DNA of 63,791 nt, filler included, from Asterionella formosa (taxonomy: Eukaryota), in NCBI GenBank assembly GCA_002256025.1. It is 19 parts of 19 records of this genome, joined end to end, with 100 filler letters (N's around TTAATTAATTAA, not from the genome) between each part and the next. Parts side by side here need not be neighbours in the genome. Positions count along the whole stretch, not along the records: positions 46,568 to 48,393 come from NKIB01001091.1; positions 48,494 to 50,319 come from NKIB01001092.1; positions 50,420 to 52,245 come from NKIB01001093.1; positions 52,346 to 54,171 come from NKIB01001094.1; positions 54,272 to 56,095 come from NKIB01001095.1; positions 56,196 to 58,020 come from NKIB01001096.1; positions 58,121 to 59,945 come from NKIB01001098.1; 12 more parts are not named here. The stretch is one strand, 5' to 3'. Shown here piece after piece: positions 47,010 through 59,945 of this stretch; position 1 is the stretch's first letter; every line of letters begins with the position of its first letter. The position numbers and the translations under genes were made by a program. The notes under the pieces are model-generated. The model was not told where the DNA came from. It worked only from the letters and a program-made list of their open reading frames with translations, and ran no database searches.

Positions 47010-47460
47010 ACTCTGGATTCATACTCAGGGTACCCGAGGTAGAACTTGTAGGCGCTAGTACATAACTATTTGGGTTAGATTTTGCAATTCTTTTGTCTAC
47101 ATATAAAACACTAGTTTAGTGTAGTCGTTGTGAGCGGCTGGAGAATACTGCATCATGTTGTCTCAATATCTCCATGAAAAATGAAAACGACGCTTTGCTA
47201 TTTGGTAAATATATTAAGCACGCATAGACAAAACAATAGTAAAAGAATTTTTTGAACAACTGTAATATTGACAACGACAATTTAAGTGGTCACCAATGGC
47301 GCATTTTTTCATGTAATTTATAGATGCTGCGCAATTCAGAATGATCGAGATAAGAACAGATTCGACACTTTCATAGTAGCTGTATCGACAACAAATAAGA
47401 ATAAACAATGATACTATGATTAATAGAAGTAAAAGATCATGTGAAAAAGCTATTTATGAA
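47010..47460 (+). repeat. Dispersed repeat with a diverged inverted copy at about 61380-61850
   Basis: CTGGATTCATACTCAGGGTACCCGAGGTA matches TACCTCGGGCACCCTGAACATGAATCCAG on the other strand; CTGCATCATGT, AGTGTAGT and ATTCTTTTGT are also shared. Confidence 0.75.
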
Positions 47461-48493
47461 CTGAGAATTGATTGAAAAAGGCTACATTGTGACATGGAAA
47501 TGATGATGGAAGCTTGATGATGAGATTTTAAAATAGTTCATCAGTACGCTAATTATTATCTTCATTAGTTCACAGCGGATATATGCATAACATGCATACC
47601 GATACTGAACATAAATAGCTTATATATGTATTCCTCTCTTTGCACATCCATAACAACGGGGAGTTCATCATGGAGTTCTTATTCAAGGAAAGTTTTCCTC
47701 ATAAGGTCACATGTGTGCTTGCAGTAGTCTTGTGGCATGTGTGCTTGAATCTCCAACTCCAAAAGAAAAGCTAAAAGAAATTTATAATCATATACTAAAG
47801 CTGGAACAACTCATGATTGCGAATATTCTCCAGAATTGGTGTGTAATTCTTTGTGATTGGTAGCTAATGTTGTAGACATATACAGGCTGAACAGATATCA
47901 GTGAATATTATAGCTAATTCTCATAATTTTTGAAGATTGTCCACATGGATGGATAAAGGGATGATTGTTTCATTGTCTCCACATAATCTGTGGTATTGCT
48001 TGGCAATGCTAAACATGCTGGTGACCACAACAAAGTGAAACAAAAAGCAAACCAAGGACCATAAAATCATGTAGGTAATGGTTTATCATGGACCTACACC
48101 AGCACCAGTACCACCAGGTACCAGGTTGGAGTAACGGTACGTGGTACTTAATTTACTGCTTCGTTGGTGTTCGATATGATGTCATGCATACTGTATGCAG
48201 TATAATATTTACATTCCGGCATATAGCGGCCCGATACAGCTAAAATTAAACGGTAATCATTTTACCGAGACCGCCGCCATGTTGGCAGACATGCTACATA
48301 ATGATATATCGGTGTACCTGGTACCTGGTCCTTGTACCAGTACTGTGCACCTGGTTGGTACATGAAGTGATTACTACCAGATACCAGGTACCANNNNNNN
48401 NNNNNNNNNNNNNNNNNNNNNNNNNNNNNNNNNNNNNTTAATTAATTAANNNNNNNNNNNNNNNNNNNNNNNNNNNNNNNNNNNNNNNNNNNN

Positions 48494-49208
48494 TAATCGA
48501 AGGCAAAAGGAGCCACTCTGTATTCTCGAATATTCATGCGCCACTTTGCCGAATCAGTAGAATTGTGTAGTAGCTCCAAAACCATAGCACTCCGGCCAAC
48601 ATAGGTGAGAGTCATACCCAAATTCCCATCATTGTACCTGGAGCGGTATCCCCCAACACACATTGTTCCTGGAGTGTTCGCGTTCTCCATCTTGAATTGG
48701 ATTGCCTGCTTTTTCTCACCAGTGATTTCGTCAGCAATATATGCTGACAGAAACAGGACATTACTGCCAATAGTAACTGCACTTCCTCATGGATAGTGGG
48801 GCTTGCATGTTCTTCCATGGTTGCATGCACCTAGCCCACCAATAATCTCTCCATCCGTCTCCCTACCACTAAACACATCGTCGACAACTTCCATCTAGCT
48901 GTGAGTCGTCCTCATTTTCGTTAAAAATCTACGAGTCTACCAACCGTCATTTCTATATATATTTATACTCAAATAATATTACATATTTATATTTTAAGTT
49001 AGTTTCGATTAGTTTATATAGATGCTAATAAGTCACTTACAGAAACAGGTATATGTTCACATCTATGTAACTCATAAAATATGCTTTTTTTCGAGTAAGC
49101 TAATCCTCATGTACAAAATGGTATGATGTCTACATAATCCGTCATAAATAAAGCTGCTCAGCACTTGGTTCGCTGCAAATCGACACAACTATTTTCAACC
49201 AGAGGGAG
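48494..49208 (-). mobile_element. Second, diverged copy of the ORF2-bearing end of the mariner (ORF2 homologue 48494-48915, TIR ending at 49208)
   Basis: TATTTTCAACCAGAGGGAG TIR, subterminal sequence homologous to 12431-12590, and a collinear ORF2 translation. Confidence 0.9.
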
Positions 49209-49444
49209 CAGCCCTAAACGCTGCGCTGGTAAAATATTCAGCTTTTCAGGCATGATAAAGTTATAAGAAATTTGAACAAACTTAGTGGGACACCACTACA
49301 GTGGAAATAAAGTGGAAACTGTCATGATATGATACCAAATGAGAACCTCCTGGGCTTTCCGGGAAATCTTACAAATTTTGTTACTGTCATCATAAAAAGT
49401 ATAGATATTGCTTGTACTGTACAACCGTTACTCCGGGTACCATG

Positions 49445-50319
49445 TGAGCAATTCTGCGCTGTGATATCTTAATCCATATGGTTAAGGTTATGTCAGATAT
49501 ATTAGAACTTGACTTAGAGCTATTGAACACTTTGATTTTGTCTTCATTGGGTGATGGGCTGGGTATACTCCCTAACTAATAAGCTCATATATTCAATAAA
49601 TGCCACTACTTTTTCTTGGATAGGACATTTTGAATTCAAAAAGAGTCAAGTTAGGATCTATAATGTCAATGTATTCCCAACTCTTTAATGGTCCCATTGA
49701 TCAAAGATTACAATTGACTAAACATACAGACTAAGACCTCTCATATTCCCCTACTACCAGATGGACATTTGGAGTCTTTCAACCAAGATGTGATCCATGG
49801 AAGCTCTGGAAGCTTTGTTGATTGCTAAGATTAAATTCCACAAGATGGCAAACAAAGGTGTCTTCAGCCCAGTAGATACATCTCTTACTTCAAAGAGTGC
49901 CTCGCAGATATCGACTTGCTTGATTAAATGAACACTGAAGTAATCCCAGATGCTCAGTCTTTTGACAGTTTTGATTAATCCATGATGATGTGGTTGAAGA
50001 ACCAACTTCCTTATGATATCTTTGAGCGTAAGCATCAGTGGATGCTCCGAAACTACTCAATAAAACTGTTCAACATGTCGATTATGGACTTCATTATGGA
50101 CTTCATAGACCATCTAAAGACCTTGAATAAACTCCTCAACTCATAATGACTCATCCAGAAGATCAAGATACCTTGCCTATTGAACATTTGATGGTGATTG
50201 TCGTTCTCTCAATGCCCAATGCGTTTTGACAGCACCTGTTTAAATTGAATCATGCAGCGAAAAACAATAACCAATCCATTCACTGGATTTGGCTTACTTC
50301 GATAGTCAATAATCATTCA
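49445..50319 (+). repeat. Ty3/gypsy LTR (5' or solo), a diverged relative of 51472-52245
   Basis: Homology starts exactly at TGAGCAAT.CTGC. Shared blocks GGTTATGTCA, TGAATTCAAAAAGAGTC, CAGATGCTCAGTC and CTCATCCAGAAGATCAAGA. Confidence 0.7.
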
Positions 50320-50419
50320 NNNNNNNNNNNNNNNNNNNNNNNNNNNNNNNNNNNNNNNNNNNNTTAATTAATTAANNNNNNNNNNNNNNNNNNNNNNNNN
50401 NNNNNNNNNNNNNNNNNNN

Positions 50420-51445
50420 GATACTTGGCGTATTGCTATTCCTACATCATTATTGGATCCTATTATTAATTGGTATCATCAGATGTTAGCTCATGTGGGT
50501 ATGACAAGATTAAATGCTACAATTGCTACACATTTTTATCACCCTATATTAAAAACAAGAGTGGAACATATTGTAAGAGTATGTGAAGCATGTCAACGTA
50601 CAAAATTACCTGGTACTGGTTTTGGTGAACTTCCACCCAGGAATGCATTATTATTACCATGGTCAGAAGTCGCAGTAGATCTAATTGGTCCATGGAAGAT
50701 AACAGTGGCTGCTCAAACGATTGAATTTCGTGCTCTAACTTGTATTGACACAGTCACCAATTTAGCAGAAATTTCACGTATCATCAATAAAACATCAGAA
50801 TATATTGCAATGAAATTTGAAAATGATTGGTTAGCCAGATATCCCCGTCCAGAACGTTGTATACATGACAATGGAGGTGAATTTACTGGTGCTCCTTTCT
50901 TACACATGTTAGTATTGAATGGAATCAAAGATGTGACTACCACAGTAAAGAATCCACAAGCAAATGCTATCTGTGAACGTTTCCATCAATCTATCAGCAA
51001 TAGTCTACGAGTTATGTTAAAGGCTCATCCTCCAATCAATGAATTTCAAGCCCAAAATATTGTGGATACATGTTTTGCAGCTGCGTCATATGCAGCTCGA
51101 GCTACTATTCATAGTATATTACGTATTTCACCAGGAGCATGGGTTTTCCAACGTGATATGATATTAAATATTCCTTTGATTACAGATTTACAATTAATAC
51201 ATCAACGTCGACAGGTGATAATTGACGAACGTTTACGTCGTGCAAATTTCCGTCGTCGATCTTATGATTACAAAGTGGGTGACGAGATTTTAATATTATT
51301 GGATAATCCTACTACTTTGGATGATCGTGGACGAGGTCCTTATACTATTATTCAAGTACATGCCAATGGTACAGTTACTTTTCAACGCACTATGCATATT
51401 ACCGAACGAATTAATATTCGTCGTATCAAACCTTTTCATAGGTAA
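50420..51445 (+). mobile_element. Ty3/gypsy integrase (HHCC zinc finger, rve core, GPY/F), 5' truncated, frame intact
   Basis: WYH...H.G...C..CQ, VAVDLIGPW, HDNGGEF, NPQANAICERFH and GPYTI..VH.NGT. The integrase is the last pol domain. Confidence 0.93.
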
Positions 51446-51471
51446 AAGGTTTTCCCTCAAGTGTGGGAGAG

Positions 51472-52245
51472 TGAGCAATCCTGCACATCGATACAGATAT
51501 ATATAGAGTTGGGGTTATGTCAAATATATCGGAATTCAATAATGAGAGAACTCGACTAACACCCATTCTATACTTTGATGTCAGTTCAGGAAATGAGTTA
51601 TACAATTGAATTCAAAAAGAGTCCAATTAGAATTAATATTGTTGATGTCCTCTCAAGTTCCAGTGGTCCCATTGATGAAGGATAACAACATACTAAACAT
51701 CAAGATTCAAACTTCTTTGTGTATCCTTACAAGCCAGGTCGACATTTCGAGTCTTACAGCAAAGATATGATCAATTGACGCTCAGGGGAAGCTTGTTTAT
51801 TGATTTCAGTAAATCCTGTGATATGGCTAACACATATATCTTCAGTCCAGCAGATTCCTTGCTTGTTCACCTACTGCTACAAAAGATGACTCATAGATAT
51901 CGTCCTGTCTGACTGGATGAGCGTGGCAATACACTCAGATGCTCAGTCCCACCATAACAGTCTCAACAAGAAAGTCATAGTGATGTGGCTGGAAGATTAC
52001 CTTCTTCATGATATCTCTGAGAGTCAATAACAGTGGCTGGATGCCATGATAATACGCAATAAAACATTTCAACATGTTTATAATCGACTTCGTTGCATGT
52101 CTCAAGACCTTAAAGAAGCTCCTAAAACTCATGATAACTCATCCAGAAGATCAAGAGGTTTCCGCCAAGGAAGATTTGAGGTTGATTGTCATTTTGCTTG
52201 ATCGACAATGCGTGGCAACAAGTGTTTGAATGGAACAATGAAAAG
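51472..52245 (+). repeat. 3' LTR of the gypsy element (truncated), preceded by a short PPT GGGAGAG
   Basis: Begins with TG 27 nt after the integrase stop and is homologous to 49445 onward. Confidence 0.72.
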
Positions 52246-52345
52246 NNNNNNNNNNNNNNNNNNNNNNNNNNNNNNNNNNNNNNNNNNNNTTAATTAATTA
52301 ANNNNNNNNNNNNNNNNNNNNNNNNNNNNNNNNNNNNNNNNNNNN

Positions 52346-55300
52346 GTTGCTCATATAGCCGTCAAAATAGCGCAGTAATCTTACCAGAACAACTTCCATT
52401 CCGGACCTCATTGTCCCTGCCTGTTGTCAACAACAATGCGTGAGCTGACAAGCCATACTAGCATTTTTCGCCAACTATTCCGTTGTTTGATTGGTTTTAT
52501 GGTCCTATGCAGTTACAGAAACAATGAGAAGGAATGATTTGTTAGCTAGTAGTCATGTTACATTGAAACAACGACACGCAATTCCATCGTATCCTCTTGC
52601 TTCACTTACCACAAATCAATGCAACTGAGGATGCATAAGTCTGTTATAGTAACTTTTCAGTAAGCCAAATTCTTGAATAAGTAAGTTTCGGGTATCCAAT
52701 GTTGTCGAATAAAACTTACCGGTTCATTTTTGTCATCTTCACTTTGAGAGAAGGTAAACGTTTTGTCAGCTTTGTTCCAACAGAAGTGAATAGGTCCAAC
52801 GAGCGACAAGAGCACTTACGCAATTTGGTTCGGTTTTGTTTTACATTGGTGCTCCCCAAGTCAGCTTTGTTCCAACAGAAGTGAATAGGTCCAACGAGCG
52901 ACAAGAGCACTTACGCAATTTGGTTCGGTTTTGTTTTACATTGGTGCTCCCCAACAAGCGAAACGAGCTGTTGAATCAACTGAGAAAAAAGGAAATGTGG
53001 CTGCGTTTAGTTAACAATTTGATGTTGTGCTGCCTGTCTCCCAACGATTGTCATCCTAGTACCACATTGATGGCTTCATTACCTTAAACATTCTCCATCC
53101 TTCGAAGGCACAATGTGTCGAAGTCACAATGTTTTTTTCGTTATGTATTGCGTAAACTTACTTTGCTTTTCATGTGATTTACTACGACATATCTTTTCAT
53201 GAAGCAGCAGGCATTGTTTGTTAACATGACAGAACGATTTCAAAAATAAATATGCCATGAATACAGTAATAGAATTTGTAAATATATGTATATATATATA
53301 TTAAGTAATATACATTTATAAAATTCAAAGGCGCTCTCGATATGGAACATCTGATATGGTTGAGATGGCCATACTCGCATATACATAATTCGAAAATACT
53401 CAATGCACTATATGTCCATTGTTTTCCACAACTACGTGTACCGGAATTGTTTCTGAAATTTGTTTGCATCGATATTTTCTACGTCCGTTGAAACTAATTA
53501 TTTAGACCGTTCAAATGCCGCAAGGGTTTTGGTAGCAAATTGTTTAATCCCCTTTTTTGGGCGGGAGCTCTTCATGTGTACCGGTACATCATATGACAAT
53601 AACAATGTATCATTTATACATACAGAGTACCAGTAGCAGGTAGTAACTGATATACTGGGGGTAGTCGGAGTAGTACCGGTAAACTAGCAACAGAACACCA
53701 TATGTTCAGGACTGTTGCTACTGCAGTGGGACAGTAAATCATCATAGTTTTAGGATTGTATGATCGTAAAATTATGATCCAAAAGAACACCATATGTTCA
53801 TGACTGTTGCTATTGCAGCGGGACAGTAAATCATCATAATTTTAGGATTGTATGATCGTAAAACTAAAAACCAATGGAATACCATATATTCAGGACTGTT
53901 GCTACTACCGTGGGACAATAAATCATCATAGTTCTAGGATTTTATGATCGTAAAACTAAAAACCAATAGTCGGAGTAATAAGCGAGCAACAGAACACCAT
54001 ATGTTCTGGCATACCTACCCGGTAGTTATCATAAAATTGCTTTTATGAATTTAACTGGCGCGATAATTAGCCATGCTGACGAGTTACTACCGGTACCAGG
54101 TAGAACGTCTACATCTTTTATCAGCACCTACAGTTATGGTGGTACAATGTTTTTCCCTATTATTTTCTGTCNNNNNNNNNNNNNNNNNNNNNNNNNNNNN
54201 NNNNNNNNNNNNNNNTTAATTAATTAANNNNNNNNNNNNNNNNNNNNNNNNNNNNNNNNNNNNNNNNNNNNGTTGCTCATATAGCCGTCAAAATAGCGCA
54301 GTAATCTTACCAGAACAACTTCCATTCCGGACCTCATTGTCCCTGCCTGTTGTCAACAACAATGCGTGAGCTGACAAGCCATACTAGCATTTTTCGCCAA
54401 CTATTCCGTTGTTTGATTGGTTTTATGGTCCTATGCAGTTACAGAAACAATGAGAAGGAATGATTTGTTAGCTAGTAGTCATGTTACATTGAAACAACGA
54501 CACGCAATTCCATCGTATCCTCTTGCTTCACTTACCACAAATCAATGCAACTGAGGATGCATAAGTCTGTTATAGTAACTTTTCAGTAAGCCAAATTCTT
54601 GAATAAGTAAGTTTCGGGTATCCAATGTTGTCGAATAAAACTTACCGGTTCATTTTTGTCATCTTCACTTTGAGAGAAGGTAAACGTTTTGTCAGCTTTG
54701 TTCCAACAGAAGTGAAAAGGTCCAACGAGCGACAAGAGCACTTACGCAATTTGGTTCGGTTTTGTTTTACATTGGTGCTCCCCAAGTCAGCTTTGTTCCA
54801 ACAGAAGTGAATAGGTCCAACGAGCGACAAGAGCACTTACGCAATTTGGTTCGGTTTTGTTTTACATTGGTGCTCCCCAACAAGCGAAACGAGCTGTTTA
54901 ATCAACTGAGAAAAAAGAAAATGTGGCTGCGTTTAGTTAACAATTTGATGTTGTGCTGCCTGTCTCCCAACGATTGTCATCCTAGTACCACATTGATGGC
55001 TTCATTACCTTAAACATTCTCCATCCTTCGAAGGCACAATGTGTCGAAGTCACAATGTTTTTCGTTATGTATTGCGTAAACTTACTTTGCTTTTCATGTG
55101 CTTTACTACGACATATCTTTTCATGAAGCAGCAGGCATTGTTTGTTAACATGACAGAACGATTTCAAAAATAAATATGCCATGAATATAGTAATAAAATT
55201 TGTAAATATATGTATATATATATATTAAGTAATATACATTTATAAAATTCAAAGGCGCTCTCGATATGGAACATCTGATATGGTTGAGATGGCCATACTC

Positions 55301-56095
55301 GCATATACATAATTCGAAAATACTCAATGCACTATATGTCCATTGTTTTCCACAACTACGTGTACCGGAATTGTTTCAGAAATTTGTTTGCATCGATATT
55401 TTCTACGTCCGTTGAAACTAATTATTTAGACCGTTCAAATGCCGCAAGGGTTTTGGTAGCAAATTGTTTAATCCCCTTTTTTGGGCGGGAGCTCTTCATG
55501 TGTACCGGTACATCATATGACAATAACAATGTATCATTTATACATACAGAGTACCAGTAGCAGGTAGTAACTGATATACTGGGGGTAGTCGGAGTAGTAC
55601 CGGTAAACTAGCAACAGAACACCATATGTTCAGGACTGTTGCTACTGCAGTGGGACAGTAAATCATCATAGTTTTAGGATTGTATGATCGTAAAATTATG
55701 ATCCAAAAGAACACCATATGTTCATGACTGTTGCTATTGCAGCGGGACAGTAAATCATCATAATTTTAGGATTGTATGATCGTAAAACTAAAAACCAATG
55801 GAATACCATATATTCAGGACTGTTGCTACTACCGTGGGACAATAAATCATCATAGTTCTAGGATTTTATGATCGTAAAACTAAAAACCAATAGTCGGAGT
55901 AATAAGCGAGCAACAGAACACCATATGTTCTGGCATACCTACCCGGTAGTTATCATAAAATTGCTTTTATGAATTTAACTGGCGCGATAATTAGCCATGC
56001 TGACGAGTTACTACCGGTACCAGGTAGAACGTCTACATCTTTTATCAGCACCTACAGTTATGGTGGTACAATGTTTTTCCCTATTATTTTCTGTC
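52346..56095 (+). repeat. Two near-identical contigs (52346-54171 and 54272-56095), each with a 2 x 95-bp and a ~3 x 92-bp internal tandem repeat
   Basis: Same start and end; about 7 substitutions and one 2-nt indel seen. Internal repeats at 52765-52954 and 53692-54006. Confidence 0.95.
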
Positions 56096-56195
56096 NNNNN
56101 NNNNNNNNNNNNNNNNNNNNNNNNNNNNNNNNNNNNNNNTTAATTAATTAANNNNNNNNNNNNNNNNNNNNNNNNNNNNNNNNNNNNNNNNNNNN

Positions 56196-56322
56196 AAAAC
56201 TCTTAGGAACGATTACAATCGATCACGGAGACATCGTTGTTATATCTACAGCCTATTTGGTCCCTGACGTGTCCTTACAGGATACAAGAAAGCATAGAGT
56301 GCTTCGGGACGCAATTTCAACA
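56196..56322 (+). repeat. 3' half of a copia family A LTR
   Basis: ...GATACAAGAAAGCATAGAGTGCTTCGGGACGCAATTTCAACA, then unique flank. Confidence 0.92.
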
Positions 56323-57076
56323 CATTCATCCCGAAACTTTTGTCTATCATTATGTTTGATGCTTTACATTAAAATCATGTTAGGAATGTGCTGTTGAGGA
56401 AAGGGCTATAGTCTCCAAATGAAACGATATATTGTTCGTTATGTTATACACGCATTTATGTCTATGTACTTGAAATATATTCTATATAAACTTATAGAAT
56501 GTAGGATAAATCTTTAATGAAAACGTCGCAATAAGGATAATTTGATAAATTACGAGCTAATATACAATATATCCAGTATACAATGTCCAGTACAGTTAGA
56601 TGTATTGCAAAGATGCCGGTGGTACCTGGAGTGTAATAATCATCGTTGGAGAATGTGGAGGTTTAGTTCAATGCACAGGGTAAATATATATCATAAAGAG
56701 TATATGACCCCTGGGGTCATTTTGCTTATCATCACCGGAGCTACCGTGCAACGGGAAACTCCGTACTTCCTCGATACATGGAATATTCCTTATGTGTACC
56801 GGTATCGTCATATACCTCGTTTCTTTTTCGAGTATCTCGCAAAATTCTAGTCGCACGATGTCTCTGCGAATTTCGTGTACTCGCGACTACTATTTCGTCG
56901 AATCTAGTTTGAGCTTTGATTGGGCATTAAACATCCACGGACAATATCAACATTGATTCCAATACACCGCTAGATATCATGGTGTGTACCGTTGTCAAAT
57001 ACCACGTACCTGTTACGAGGTGCCAGGTACTCCGTGTCAAATAATTCGAACACTCTACCTGTACCAGGTACCAGGA

Positions 57077-57207
57077 GTTATTTATACCAAGTCTGGACTT
57101 GAGTCCAAAGTCTGACGCCACCAAGTCAGACTTGATGACAAATAACCACGGTTATTATAGTAGAGCAGTATTAATAACCTGGTTATTATATACTAAGTCA
57201 GAAACAC
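57077..57207 (+). mobile_element. Terminal segment of the YxDGHE-type transposon family
   Basis: GTTATTTATACCAAGT.TGGACTTGAGTCCAAAGTCT.ACGCCACCAAGTCAGACTTGA is the reverse complement of 32713-32771. Confidence 0.75.
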
Positions 57208-57404
57208 TTTACACTATTATACAGTGATGAACATCAGTATTAAACAGATTGTCGCTCACCATGATTATAGTCTTACCGGTGATACTACAGTACAGGCACC
57301 GGTATGGTAAATCCAATATTGTAGTAATTCTATCTTCCATTAAAATCACAAAACCATCATCCCAATCCATTCCTCCTGCTCCGAAGTCGTCATCATCGTG
57401 ATCG

Positions 57405-57493
57405 TGCTCATGCTCATGCTCATGCTCATGCTCATGCTCATGCTCATGCTCATGCTCATGCTCATGCTCATGCTCATGCTCATGCTCATGCTC
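57405..57493. repeat. (TGCTCA)n hexanucleotide microsatellite, about 15 units
   Basis: Perfect tandem run. Confidence 0.97.
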
Positions 57494-58120
57494 GAGGCAT
57501 AAATTCACGCCTTGTATCATTTGTCATTGTGGATTCTTTTTAGCAGGAGTGCGATGAGCCTTGGCTTTGCAGAACTTTTTCAAAAGCGACTGCTGTGAGA
57601 GCCACACCTCCTCGTCGTTGCGTTGTTGCTACGCAACCACGTCGTCTTCATGTTATCCTTTGTTGTACATTTTTGAATGCACATTCAAATACAAATGCAA
57701 GGAACGTCGGCCTTTTTTGCACTTTGCTACAGATGCTCCACAAGTTTGCAAACATGAACCTTTCCATTGCAGACGATGACACAAAGGTTTTCAGGCCTGT
57801 CAATCGATGAAAATTGGTTGATAATTATGACATACAAAGCGGTTTTGTGACTGCTCATCATCGCATGGCGGCTGCTCTGAATCCTAGAAGGACAGAGGAG
57901 GACATGATATCCTTTCATCATGATGCATGCAAAATGGTACTATTTTGAATCTCTGGCCCAAATTAAACCTGAAACCGGGTTCAACATTGTATTGACACAC
58001 TGCACAGCTGAATTTTCTTCNNNNNNNNNNNNNNNNNNNNNNNNNNNNNNNNNNNNNNNNNNNNTTAATTAATTAANNNNNNNNNNNNNNNNNNNNNNNN
58101 NNNNNNNNNNNNNNNNNNNN

Positions 58121-59283
58121 ATGTGTGGAAAGAAGCATGATTATTTAGCAATGACACTAGATTACTCTCTTCCAGGAGTGTTGAGGGTGGACATGACCAA
58201 ATATGTGAAATTAATGATTGATGATTTTCCAGTGAAACTTGAAGGTGCCCATGGACAGATAAATTGTTCACAGTTGATATCAAATCAAAGAAGCTTGAAT
58301 ATTGAAAAGCAAAAATATTTCATACTTTTTTATGAAAAGAATGTTCCTTTGTAAGCGAGGAAGACGGGACATTCATTCATTCAACCAGGAATTGCATTTC
58401 TGGCAACCCAAACTACTGAACCGAATGAAGGCGATTGGGCAAAATTAGTCAAGATCATGAATTTCTTGAAAGCAACTCAGAATGAGGTTGCATCTATGAG
58501 TGCTGATGACACTCAGAGCATTAAATGGTATGTTGATGCGGCGTTTGCAGTACACAAAGATTTTAAAAGTCACACAGGAGCTACATTGTCACTTGGAAAC
58601 GGAATTAATTGTTCTATGTCTACAAAACAGAAAGTGAACACTAGAAGTTCGACTGAAGCAGAATTGGTTGGTGTCGATGACATTATATCAAAGGTGTTGT
58701 GGACGAAATTATTTATTGAAGCACAAGGACACAAGGTGACTACAAATGTCATTTATCATGACAACACTAGCGCAATGAAGCTAGAAGCAAATGGAAAAGC
58801 AAGTTCAGGAATTCGCACACGACATTTCAACATCAAATATTTTTATATTACTGATTTTATTGAAAGAAAGGAAGTACAAATTAAGTACTGTCCAACGGAT
58901 GCAATGTTAGCAGACTACATGACAAAACCACTGGTTGGAATGAAATTTATTCATTTTCGTGAGCAAATTATGAATTCAAAGTGAGCATCCGTGTCCAGCA
59001 GGAGTGTGTTGGAGAAATTATTTTAGGGAAGAAAAATTCCGGTATGAATTACCTACTACATATTGAATCGAATGAATCAAAAAAGAATATGGTACCAGAG
59101 AAAACTCTGAATTCGAAAACAATCTACATCGCCAGTGAAACCCACAATTCTCCTAAAACTTTTAGGAATTATTACAATCAATTACTGTAACATCGTTGTT
59201 CATATCTACAGCCTATTTGATCCCTGACGTGTCCTTACAGGATACAAGAAAGCAATAGAGGGCTTCGGGACGCGATTTCAACA
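58121..59283 (+). mobile_element. Ty1/copia family A 3' end: frameshifted RT C-terminus, RNase H (to 58984), PPT and 3' LTR 59007-59283
   Basis: GKKHDYLAM.LDY and DMTKYV; RNase H nearly identical to 1340-1830; LTR TGTTGG...TTCAACA. Confidence 0.94.
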
Positions 59284-59631
59284 GATACATTAGGAATGTT
59301 TCCTAAGTTATTCGACACCCAGATCATGACAGTTATACAAAAGTAGATAAAATTGCTCTTGTTTTTCTAGACTCTCCAGTATTTGGGATACCACTCATTC
59401 AGATCAATGGAAATAATGCTAATATCCCATACAATCTTCAATTACTAACTATGATTGGTGCTGGTTGAACTGAATTTGAGGCATCTTTACCTACACAACT
59501 TATGGAAGTACAATTACCAAATTGATCTCCATCGATCTGTAACGCATCACACTATTTTGACTATTAAGGAATCATCTTTGAGCCTACTGTAATGATTTGT
59601 GCTGGCGGTAGTAGTGGGTATGAAAACAAGA

Positions 59632-59945
59632 CTACGTAGGGAGAACAGCACAAACTTGTTGACCATTTGCATCTGCAAGACAAACACCTCCAGCACAGCA
59701 TTCGCTGGATGAAGTACATCCAGCCCAGCGAGCAGTACATGATCGACGAGTGCTTGGGTCTATGAAAAATCCGCTGCAGAAATTACAATTCTGGGCATTT
59801 TGGTTGCACCATTTGTCGTCCCCACAAGTAGCCAAATCCCAAGAACAACAGAACTGGGGAACTTTGCACTGCTTGTACCACTGGTCCAGACGCGTGCATA
59901 CAGATTGGCCGCAGCAAGTGTCATTGACAGTCCCTTCTGAACCGT
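59632..59945 (-). CDS. C-terminus of a Cys-rich, probably secreted protein with a CBM1-like module (5' truncated)
   Basis: CCGQSVCTRLDQWYKQC, then CCSWDLATCGDDKWCNQNAQNCNFC and CTARWAGCTSSSECCAGGVC. Confidence 0.7.

Noticed and set aside
47024..47060. Hairpin plus CTAG as a Helitron 3' end
   Set aside because: Homology with the second copy continues hundreds of bases beyond the CTAG, so it is not a terminus in that orientation.
38632..56322. LTR halves at 38632-38756 and 56196-56322 as the two ends of one insertion
   Set aside because: The flanks ATTGA and CATTC do not form a target-site duplication.
57209..57520. (His-Glu)n metal-binding protein
   Set aside because: It is the translation of a TGCTCA microsatellite in a short ORF with no other support.
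46200..59945. GH10 N-terminus and CBM1-like C-terminus as one gene
   Set aside because: Different contigs with no linking evidence, and the GH10 fragment has no signal peptide.
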